Of a stretch of 23,031 nucleotides of DNA, positions 1 through 7,535 are shown piece by piece (the stretch's first letter is position 1; each line of letters starts with the position of its first letter). The translations under genes were made by a program, and so were the position numbers. The notes under the pieces are model-generated. The model was not told the origin of the DNA. It saw only the letters and a program-made list of their open reading frames with translations, and searched no databases. The stretch covers positions 1 to 23,031 of the forward strand of contig JAYUGC010000164.1 of NCBI GenBank assembly GCA_043767805.1, in the 5' to 3' direction. Origin of the DNA: Pseudomonadota bacterium (GTDB taxonomy: Bacteria; Bdellovibrionota; FAC87; UBA2466).

Positions 1-808
1 AACTGGGGCGGAGCCGTCGGAGCCGCTCCTTCCGTTCGAGCCGTCGGAGCCGCCCGGATTGGAATAATAAGTCGTATTGGAGTGCGTGGTGGTGTTTCCA
101 TCGGAATCGGTCGTGGTGTAATAGTCGGTGTCGGACCAAGAATAGGAGCTTCCTCCGCTGCCGCCCCTTCCGCCGTTGCCGCCTATTCCGTTCGTCCCGG
201 CTTGTCCGCCTTTGCCGCCATCAAACTCCGGCGCGAGGAGCATGAGAAGGTGGGTGTCGTCTCCCGAAACCTTGACGATGATTTTGCCGCCGTCGCCGCC
301 ACGCTCTCCGCTCGTCGCGTTTCCGCCGTTGCCTCCGTCACCGCCGTTATCTCCCGACGTGCCCGAAGCATACCGGCTCGCATCCTATCCATCGGCCCCC
401 CCGGCCTCCGTCTTCGCCTTTGCCTCCATTGCCGCCCGTACCGCCGTCCCCGCCGACGGCGAGAAGCGGGATGTAACCTTTCGTGCCAACGACTGCCGAC
501 TTTTGAAAATCCCCTGGTTTTCCAACGGCTGGGGTCACGCGGCCCTTCAAGACGATGCCGCCTTTGCCGTCGCTCTGAAGCTTGAGATCGACGTTGCCCG
601 AGCTTTGTCCCGCTTCCGCGGGGCCAGCGTGTCCGCCGTCGCTCCCGTCGCGGTTCGTCGAGGCGTGGCCGGTATGGCTGACGCCGTCGCTTCCTTTTTG
701 GCCGTGGCGGCCCGAGACGTCGACCTTGATGAGGTCATTCTCGGCGAAGGCCGAAGCGGAGAGGGTGGCGATAAGGACGATTAGGGCTGAAGAAAGTTTC
801 GTTCTCAT
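1..808 (-). pseudogene. Secreted Gly-rich (GGxGGxGG, collagen-like) protein, split by a +1 frameshift near 385-402; 3' end lies beyond the window
   Basis: ATG at 808 gives the signal peptide MRTKLSSALIVLIATLSASAFA and then GGDGGTGGNGGKGEDGGRGG. That frame turns non-repetitive and stops at 349-347. The same Gly-rich style continues stop-free in the +1 frame from 384 to 1 (DASRYASGTSGDNGGDGGNGG...GGSSYSWSDTDYY...NPGGSDGS). Confidence 0.8.
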
Positions 809-936
809 TCTTTCAGCGTCGGAGTATTCCGCTAGAGGACATCCCGCTTCCGGCGCGGAATTTCGACATCGCTGGAAAAATAGCGAGTTAGCCCCTCGCT
901 TGCTGTGACTTTGGGATCGGCCTTGAGCCCCGGGGT

Positions 937-1599
937 TTAATCCCGGACGATCGAGGGCTTCGGCGCGAGCTCGTAGCACGCTTGTCCCTCGGCTCCGCTC
1001 GCGCGGCGAGTTTCGATGCATAGCTGGTCTTTGCCGACGTAGAAGTGTCCCCACGCACTCGGAGGCGCGCCAGAATGGGAGCCTTCCGTGGAGCAGGTCA
1101 CTTCTTTCTCCTTCTTCAAGGTTTCGCACAGGCCGCCGCAGGAAATGGGCTTGAGGTAGAAATCCGTATCGACGGTCACCTCGGAGATTTCGCAGTCGGC
1201 ATAGTGACTGACTTTAAAGGCGGAAACCGCCGGAGCGCACAAGGGGTCGGAGCCTTTGATCCAGCAGCGGTCTTTCACTTGGCGCAATTCCCAGTTGTAC
1301 GCGGGGTTCGGGGTGCCCCGGTCGATGTAGAGCTCTTCCGTTTCACAAATCGTCGACCAGTCGGAGCAGAAGCTTTGGCGAGTCACTCCCGTCTCACCGT
1401 TGCCCTGGTACTCTTGCCGTGCGGTGGAGCAGAGCGCGGTGCCGCTTTTTAGCACCCCGCATTTTTGCCGGCATACCGAGGCGCTTTGGCACTCGGTCGC
1501 TCCGAGTTTGGCGAGAAGCTCCGGAGTTACGTTTATCGTCGATATCGCCTGAAGAGAGAGGGAATAGAGAAGTCCGTAAAGGACGGTGAACGAGCGCAT
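937..1599 (-). CDS. Cys-rich secreted hypothetical protein (220 aa, 14 Cys), downstream of a TPP riboswitch
   Basis: ATG preceded by GGAAGGA SD; hydrophobic N-terminus MRSFTVLYGLLYSLSLQA; 14 cysteines counted; no recognisable family motif. Confidence 0.8.
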   Translation of the reverse strand: MRSFTVLYGLLYSLSLQAISTINVTPELLAKLGATECQSASVCRQKCGVLKSGTALCSTARQEYQGNGETGVTRQSFCSDWSTICETEELYIDRGTPNPAYNWELRQVKDRCWIKGSDPLCAPAVSAFKVSHYADCEISEVTVDTDFYLKPISCGGLCETLKKEKEVTCSTEGSHSGAPPSAWGHFYVGKDQLCIETRRASGAEGQACYELAPKPSIVRD

Positions 1600-1702
1600 C
1601 TTGGTTTCCTTCCGCCAGCATTACCTGGTTCAAGTAGTTCGGGTCGCTCACCCCGTGTGAGCCTCTCAGCCGTCTTGGACAGCTCCCCGTTGCGCCAGGA
1701 TG
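1597..1702 (-). promoter_or_regulatory. TPP (THI-box) riboswitch aptamer
   Basis: The minus strand reads CGGGGA-GCTGTC-CAA-GACGGC-TGAGAG-GCTCAC-ACGGG-GTGAGC-GACCCG-AACTA-CTT-GAA-CCAG-GTAATG-CTGG-CGG-AAG-GAAACCAAG-ATG. This gives P2 CGGG/CCCG, P3, the conserved UGAGA, P3a, P4 CUU/AAG (covarying with the usual CCU/AGG), P5 with the UAAU loop, and GCG at the P5/J5-4 junction. Confidence 0.92.
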
Positions 1703-1798
1703 TATTGCCGGCGTCTCGAGATGTCAATGCCGCGATCTCGCCAGATTCGTTACTGGGCGTCGCTAGCGCTCTCGTTCAAACTCATTCTGGGGGAAATT

Positions 1799-1945
1799 AT
1801 GCTAAAGGGACTCGCCGTATTCATGTTGTGTGCACTGTCTTTCTCGGTGAGAGCCGAGCACGCCGACGTCGACTTCCATCCTGAGCTTCCTCCCGAAAAG
1901 AAGCCCACTTGCGGCCGCCGTATCGAGTTCGACGAAGCTCATTGA
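1799..1945 (+). CDS. Small secreted peptide (48 aa) or truncated gene remnant
   Basis: GGGGGA SD 4 nt before ATG 1799; MLKGLAVFMLCALSFSVRA looks like a Sec signal ending in V-R-A; short charged mature part; TGA at 1943-1945. Confidence 0.5.
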   Translation: MLKGLAVFMLCALSFSVRAEHADVDFHPELPPEKKPTCGRRIEFDEAH

Positions 1946-1955
1946 GCCGCCGCTC

Positions 1956-1984
1956 ATGACACCCCTCGCCGGGGGTGGTAAAAA
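1956..1984 (+). promoter_or_regulatory. Putative sigma70 promoter for ade (possibly leaderless)
   Basis: ATGACA-N17-TAAAAA with an extended TG, ending 5 nt before ATG 1990. Confidence 0.4.
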
Positions 1985-1989
1985 GGGGG

Positions 1990-3669
1990 ATGCTCAGTGA
2001 AGCTCAGATCCACAGCAGGGTGGAAGCCGCTCAAGGCAAGATTCCCTGCGATCTCCTATTTCGCAACGTGACATATCTCGACGTCTTCTCCTGCGCGTGG
2101 AGAAAAGGGGACGTGGCCCTGGTGGATGGCGTCATCGTCGCGCTCGATCCGGGCTTAAAGGCTAAACGAGAGATCGACGCCAAAGGTAAATGGCTCGTGC
2201 CCGGCTTCATCGACGCTCACGTACATGTCGAAAGCTCCATGCTCGTTCCGACCAATTTTGCCCACGCCGTCTTGCCCCGGGGGACGACTACCGCTATCTG
2301 CGATCCTCATGAGCTTGCCAATGTGCAAGGAGTCTCGGGCATCGAATATTTTTTGGACGCCGCCGAGCAGGTCCCTCTTGATTTGCGCGTCATGCTTTCG
2401 AGCTGCGTGCCGGCGACGCATCTGGAGACCAATGGCGGGGGCGCCATCGAGGCCGAAGCGCTGAAAAAGCTGCGAACGCGTGCGAAGGCCCTGGGCCTCG
2501 CCGAGATGATGAACGTTCCCGGTGTGCTCTTTGGCGATGGGGGCGTCCTCCAAAAGCTCTCCGCTTTCTCCGACTCTTTCATCGACGGCCATTGCCCGCT
2601 CGTCTCCGGCCGCGCTCTTTCGGCTTACGCCGCTTCCGGTATCAAGAGCTGCCATGAATCGACTCGGCTCGAGGAAGCGCAAGAGAAACTGACTAAGGGA
2701 ATTTCCGTTTGGATCCGCGAGGGCAGCGTCGCTAAAGATCTCGACGCGCTCGCGCCTTTGCTGACGCTGGCGACTTCGACTTCCGTTGGATTTTGCACCG
2801 ACGACCGCAATCCGCTCGACATCGCGAGTGAGGGCCATGTCGATCACCTCATTCGCGGCGCGATTCGTAAGGGTGCCGCGCCGGAAGTCGCCTACCGCGC
2901 GGCTAGCTGGAGCGTGGCTCGGCACTACGGGCTTCGCACTAAAGGCGCCGTCGCGCCCGGCTACGAGGGAGATTTGGTTTTACTTAGCGATCCGGCGTCC
3001 GTTTCGCTCCAGCAAGTTTTTCGAGCGGGCGTGCCGACGACGGAGCTCAGCTTTCCCGCGGCGGACAGGGCCACCGCCGGCAAATCCGTGAAGGCGAAAG
3101 TTCCCGAGGCGGGCGATCTGCTCGGCCCCAAAGGCCGCGTCCACGTCATTGGCGTCGAGCCTGGAAAGATTCTGACCACCCGCCACGTTCTAAATCACGA
3201 TGCCAAAGGGGTCGCCCATCTCACCGTACTCGAACGCTACGGCCGAGGGTCGAAGCCCGCGAACGCTTACGCTTTGGGTTTCGGAGAAAGCTTCGACGGC
3301 GCCATCGCGTCGAGTGTTGGGCACGACAGTCACAACCTCATCGTAGTGGGCTCCAATACGGAAGACATGCGAATTGCCCTGGCCGCTCTCATCGAGTGCG
3401 GCGGCGGATACGCGGTCGCGAAGCACGGAAGCGTGATTGCCAGACTCCCGCTCCCCTTCGGAGGGCTCATGTCTTACGATCCCGAAACCGTTCTCGTAAA
3501 ACAGATTACGCGGATGCGGGAAGCGAGCCGAGAAGTCGGTTGCGCGCTGGCCGAGCCGTTTCTTCAGCTCGCTTTCCTAAGTCTTCCCGTCATTCCTTCC
3601 TTAAAGCTCACGGATAGAGGGCTCGTCGATGTGGACGCGTTCCAACTCATCGACGTGAGGGCCGCATGA
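1990..3669 (+). CDS. ade: Adenine deaminase
   Basis: Amidohydrolase motifs PGFIDAHVHVESS, DPHE, AEMMN, DGH, HE, REGS, CTDD, GHDSHN and C-terminal FLSLPVIPSLKLTDRGL. Start is ATG 1990 or GTG 1975. Confidence 0.95.
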   Translation: MLSEAQIHSRVEAAQGKIPCDLLFRNVTYLDVFSCAWRKGDVALVDGVIVALDPGLKAKREIDAKGKWLVPGFIDAHVHVESSMLVPTNFAHAVLPRGTTTAICDPHELANVQGVSGIEYFLDAAEQVPLDLRVMLSSCVPATHLETNGGGAIEAEALKKLRTRAKALGLAEMMNVPGVLFGDGGVLQKLSAFSDSFIDGHCPLVSGRALSAYAASGIKSCHESTRLEEAQEKLTKGISVWIREGSVAKDLDALAPLLTLATSTSVGFCTDDRNPLDIASEGHVDHLIRGAIRKGAAPEVAYRAASWSVARHYGLRTKGAVAPGYEGDLVLLSDPASVSLQQVFRAGVPTTELSFPAADRATAGKSVKAKVPEAGDLLGPKGRVHVIGVEPGKILTTRHVLNHDAKGVAHLTVLERYGRGSKPANAYALGFGESFDGAIASSVGHDSHNLIVVGSNTEDMRIALAALIECGGGYAVAKHGSVIARLPLPFGGLMSYDPETVLVKQITRMREASREVGCALAEPFLQLAFLSLPVIPSLKLTDRGLVDVDAFQLIDVRAA

Positions 3670-4937
3670 CACGAGGCCATCCGCGCACGGAATGTCTGGC
3701 CGGCCTCACCACGTTCTTCACCATGGCCTACATTGTGGTGGTGAATCCGGCGATTCTGTCGACGGAAGGGACGGGCATGCCCTTCAACGGGGTCCTCACC
3801 GCCACGGTGCTTCTCAGTTTTCTGATGACGCTGCTCATGGGGCTTTACGCGGATCTCCCCTTTGGCGTCGCTCCTGGAATGGGCATCAACGCCTTTTTCA
3901 CGTTTTCTCTGATTCTCGGCCGCGGCATTCCCTGGCAGACGGCGCTCGGCATGGTTTTTTGGGCGGGCGTGCTCTTTCTCATCGCCTCGCTCACCAACGT
4001 GCGGGTCAGTATCGCGAAGGCCATTCCCCACGGGCTCCGGTTGGGAGCGGCCGGCGGCATCGGTCTGTTTCTTACCTTCATTGGTTTAAAGAACTCAGGG
4101 CTCGTCGTCGCTCACCCCGTGACGTTGGTTACGGTTGGGAAGCTCAATGGGACGACGTGCCTCTCGCTTTTCGGGCTTTTTATCGTCGTCGCGCTGGCGC
4201 GTAAAAAAAGTCCCTTCGCCTTTCTCGCGGCCATCTTTGCGGTTACCGGACTTGGTCTCGCTATGGGTCACGTGCAGGCGCCAGCCTCTTGGTTCAGCGC
4301 GCCTGATTTTGAGAGCGTGCTTTTCAAGGCGGATATTTTTGGTGCGCTGAAATTCGCGTACGTCCCTTTCATTCTTTCCATTCTTCTGACCGATCTCTTC
4401 GATTCGCTCTCCTCCTTCATCGGTGTGTCGCAAGCCACGGGAATGGTCGACGCGAGGGGTGAGCCCAGAAACCTCAAACAGGGGCTTATCGTCGACGCTT
4501 GGGCGACGCTATCGGCCGGGCTGCTCGGGACTAGCTCCGGTACCGCTTTCATCGAAAGCGCCGCGGGCGTCGAAGTGGGCGGCCGCACCGGATGGACCGC
4601 CGTTTACACGGCGCTTTGTTTCTTGCCCTGCTTGTTCATCGCGCCACTCGCCGGCATGGTCCCTGGTTACGCTACGGCGCCGGTGCTCATTTACGTGGGC
4701 TTTCTCATGTTTCGCTCCGTAACGGAATTGAAGTTCACCTCCGTCGAGGACTCTTTCCCTGTCTTTCTCACCGTGATTCTCATTCCGCTCACGTTTTCGA
4801 TCACTCAAGGCATTCTCTGGGGATTCTTGGCGCATGCGGTGCTCTACGGACTTGCGGGCCGTGGCCGCGAAGTATCGCCCATGCTCTACGCTCTGGCCGC
4901 TGTGGCAGCAGGGCTATTTTGGATGGAGGCTAAATGA
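3666..4937 (+). CDS. NCS2/AzgA-like adenine-guanine-hypoxanthine permease (PbuG/PurP type)
   Basis: AGLTTFFTMAYIVVVNPAILS, APGMGINAFF, FIESAAGVEVGGRTG and IPLTFSITQG signatures; many TM segments; ATGA overlap with ade. Confidence 0.95.
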   Translation: MTRGHPRTECLAGLTTFFTMAYIVVVNPAILSTEGTGMPFNGVLTATVLLSFLMTLLMGLYADLPFGVAPGMGINAFFTFSLILGRGIPWQTALGMVFWAGVLFLIASLTNVRVSIAKAIPHGLRLGAAGGIGLFLTFIGLKNSGLVVAHPVTLVTVGKLNGTTCLSLFGLFIVVALARKKSPFAFLAAIFAVTGLGLAMGHVQAPASWFSAPDFESVLFKADIFGALKFAYVPFILSILLTDLFDSLSSFIGVSQATGMVDARGEPRNLKQGLIVDAWATLSAGLLGTSSGTAFIESAAGVEVGGRTGWTAVYTALCFLPCLFIAPLAGMVPGYATAPVLIYVGFLMFRSVTELKFTSVEDSFPVFLTVILIPLTFSITQGILWGFLAHAVLYGLAGRGREVSPMLYALAAVAAGLFWMEAK

Positions 4938-6673
4938 ACGAGCTCGCAAAAATCGCATTGGCTCATGGCGACGACGCACGCAAGGCTCAAGGAGACCTCC
5001 GCGCAAAGCTCGGTCTAGACGAGCTGAACTTCGCGTACTTCTTTGCTCTCTACCGCATGAAAAAATCCGGCCGTGCTTTGGATCGGTTAGCCATCTTCGA
5101 AGAGGGACGGACGCGTCCCGGAGCTGCCACCGCGTTTCCCACCGCGATTGCGTCTCCCGAGATGTTAAAGAGTCTTCCGCTCGTTCAGCATCGGCAGATC
5201 GCCGTCGAGCAAGATAGGGTCGGCGCTTCGGGGGCGGTGCTTTGGATCAAAAAGATGCAGGCGGGCACGGGCTCCGCGATGGTCCGCAGAACTTATTTGG
5301 CGAAGTACCAAGACGTGCCCGCGGACCAGGTGCATATTGGCGCAAAAGGCACGGATCTTTTCGTTCAAGTGCCGAGCGGCGAAGAAGTAACGCTGGCGGA
5401 ACTTCAGATCGCGCAGCTCATCCTTGCCGCGCGTCGGGGCGAGTTCGGCGGCGTCCTTTTTCACGATATCGTCGGTACCGAGACCGCGGCTTCCATCGAG
5501 AAAGTCTGGAAGCGCAAATCACTTTTGGATCCATCGAAAACCTACGCGGAGCTCGTGGACTCGACTCCTGGGTTGGGCCGTTTCAAAGCTAGCTTTCAGG
5601 CGCACATTCCCACTTTGAATCGCCAAGGAGAGCTCACGACCAATCGCACCGCTCCCGGCGGGCACGCGCTATTCGCGGTGGATGCTTTGCGCGCGGCCTA
5701 TACCGACGGTGGTCTACCCGATACTGGGGGCAAACCTCTGGTGGCCGCGGTCGGAAACGGCGAGGATTTGGGGAGCACGCCCAGCCGTCACATGGTCGAC
5801 TGGATGGTGCGCCATCAAATTCCCATCGCCATGGTCACGACCGAAAAGACCGGTGTGGATCTTCAAGGCGGGCAGATAGCCCTCGTCGAGCTTCCTTCGG
5901 GCAAGCGGTATGTGACTTTGATCGAGACCGCTCAGGCCAAAGAGGCGGGTCAGCTGGATCTCTTTCAGAAGATCGGCCTCGATATCAAGCGGCCCGGGCA
6001 GATGGCTTGCTTTAATACGAACGTCGCACTCTTTAACTACGACGTCTTGGCGCCGAAAATCCGCAAGCTCGTCGCTGAAATCGGGGAAGAGGCCTTTATG
6101 GCGGTGGTCATGCCGGACCTCATCGACAAGTGGAAGTCGCAACAAGACAAGGACGGCGTCACGAGGGAGTACCTTCAGCTTGAGGGCGCCATGGGCTCGA
6201 CGCTGCTCAATCTCGATAGGTACTGGCGCGAGCGCTTTGACGAGCCTCTCGTGCATTTCATCAACGTGGATAAGCTCGAGCGCACGGACTACTTTTCACC
6301 CATTAAGAACGGCTTCGACTTCTTCATGCAGTTTCACTCGGATCGGTTCCGGCTGGACCCCGAGACTTTGCGCCTAATCAACCTCCGCCCGGGATCGATC
6401 CCGCTGGTGCGCTTCACGCCCCCTCACGGTCAGGAGAAGTACTGGGACGATCTATCGACGGTACTCGACGCTTTTCGCGGAGCCAAGGTCCTCGATCTCG
6501 ACACTCTCACGGTGAAAGGCGCCATCAAGGTCCCCGGAGTCACTTTAGAAGGCGACGTCTCGTTCCTGAACGCCACCTCCGAAGTGGTGGACGTGACCCC
6601 ACGCATTCCCGACAAAAAACTCCGCAACGCCAACGTCCTAGTCGGTCCTCACGCCCGCATCTCGGTGACCTAA
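4934..6673 (+). CDS. UTP--glucose-1-phosphate uridylyltransferase family protein (eukaryote-type UDPGP fold, divergent)
   Basis: Motifs KKMQAGTGSAM, APGGHA, NGEDL, QGG, LIETAQ, FNTN, QLEGAMG and FSPIKN parallel eukaryotic UGPase motifs in the same order; C-terminal LTVKG...LEGDV beta-helix-like tail; ATGA overlap with the permease. Confidence 0.8.
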   Translation: MNELAKIALAHGDDARKAQGDLRAKLGLDELNFAYFFALYRMKKSGRALDRLAIFEEGRTRPGAATAFPTAIASPEMLKSLPLVQHRQIAVEQDRVGASGAVLWIKKMQAGTGSAMVRRTYLAKYQDVPADQVHIGAKGTDLFVQVPSGEEVTLAELQIAQLILAARRGEFGGVLFHDIVGTETAASIEKVWKRKSLLDPSKTYAELVDSTPGLGRFKASFQAHIPTLNRQGELTTNRTAPGGHALFAVDALRAAYTDGGLPDTGGKPLVAAVGNGEDLGSTPSRHMVDWMVRHQIPIAMVTTEKTGVDLQGGQIALVELPSGKRYVTLIETAQAKEAGQLDLFQKIGLDIKRPGQMACFNTNVALFNYDVLAPKIRKLVAEIGEEAFMAVVMPDLIDKWKSQQDKDGVTREYLQLEGAMGSTLLNLDRYWRERFDEPLVHFINVDKLERTDYFSPIKNGFDFFMQFHSDRFRLDPETLRLINLRPGSIPLVRFTPPHGQEKYWDDLSTVLDAFRGAKVLDLDTLTVKGAIKVPGVTLEGDVSFLNATSEVVDVTPRIPDKKLRNANVLVGPHARISVT

Positions 6674-6680
6674 TCCCACC

Positions 6681-6724
6681 AAAAGGTGTGTCGCTAAAAG
6701 GTGTGTGAATACTTTTTAGCGCAC
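6681..6724. repeat. AAAAGGT-cored hairpin / REP-like element between convergent genes
   Basis: Direct repeat AAAAGGTGTGT twice; 13-bp stem CGCTAAAAGGTGT-GTGA-ATACTTTTTAGCG (6692-6721) with two G.U pairs. Confidence 0.6.
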
Positions 6725-6729
6725 TTAGA

Positions 6730-7512
6730 TTAAGTACGCAGGCGATGGCCCGTGTGAATCAGAGTCGCCGCCCAAATGAAAAGAATCAAGCTCAGGCCGC
6801 CCGTGATGAAAAAAGATAACCGCAGGGAAACGTCGCTGGATCCCAGCACCGTCGAGCGAAAGCCATCAATGGTGTAAAAGAGCGGATTGAGCTGAGTGAT
6901 TTTCTGCCAAAACGGCGGAAGCACCGTCGTCGGGTAGAAAAGCCCCCCGAGATAGATCATCGGCATGAGGATGAAGTTCATGTAGACGGAAAGCGCTTCA
7001 AAGCTCTCCGAATAAATTGCTGCGACAATCCCCGCTTGAGACATCATGAAGCTCGTCAACACGGCCATGCACAGGGCGAGCCATGGGGACGTCCAGGGCA
7101 AAGCGGTGAAGAGCGCGGAGATCGCAAACACAGCCGCGCCCACCAGGAGGCCGCGCAGAACGGCGGCCAAAGTATAGGCGAGGATGATTTGCGTGGCCGT
7201 CAGCGGAGTCACCAGTAAATCGACGAGATTTCCGATGTACTTGGAGAAAAAGAGAGAAGACGAGGTATTGGCGAACGCGTTGTTGATGATGCCCATGAGC
7301 GCGAGGCCCGGCACCACGAACTGCACGTAGGAAAGGCTCGAGTGCACGTCGATGCGCCGGCCTAGGTTCACGCCGAAGATGAAGAGAAAAAGCGTGGAGG
7401 TCACCACGGGCGCGAGTAAAGTCTGGCCGGGCACCACCAAAAAGCGCAGGGCTTCCTTTTTGAACAGCGTCCAGAACGGAAGCCACGTGGGGCTGACCTT
7501 ACCTTGTTCCAT
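6730..7512 (-). CDS. ABC-2 type transporter permease (YadH-like)
   Basis: KEALRF, QTLLAPV, YVQFVVPGL, NAFANTSSS, LLVTPL, YLGGLFYP and NPLFYTIDGFR motifs. Confidence 0.93.
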   Translation of the reverse strand: MEQGKVSPTWLPFWTLFKKEALRFLVVPGQTLLAPVVTSTLFLFIFGVNLGRRIDVHSSLSYVQFVVPGLALMGIINNAFANTSSSLFFSKYIGNLVDLLVTPLTATQIILAYTLAAVLRGLLVGAAVFAISALFTALPWTSPWLALCMAVLTSFMMSQAGIVAAIYSESFEALSVYMNFILMPMIYLGGLFYPTTVLPPFWQKITQLNPLFYTIDGFRSTVLGSSDVSLRLSFFITGGLSLILFIWAATLIHTGHRLRT

Positions 7513-7535
7513 GACGCTATTTTGTAGCCTGTTTG

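Noticed and set aside
385..387. In-frame TAG as a sign of amber recoding or pyrrolysine
   Set aside because: TAG is the evident true stop of several intact ORFs here (7536, 11694, 13853, 16852, 21014), and a frameshift would still be required.
82..784. Plus-strand ORFs 82..585 and 176..784 (Ala/Pro-rich)
   Set aside because: Antisense shadows of the GGC-rich Gly-repeat gene.
809..1129. Upstream extension of ORF 347..1129
   Set aside because: It overlaps the Cys-rich gene on the same strand; the signal peptide starts at ATG 808.
1700..1990. Purine riboswitch upstream of ade
   Set aside because: No purine aptamer core is visible; the region holds a small ORF and a promoter-like element abutting the start codon.
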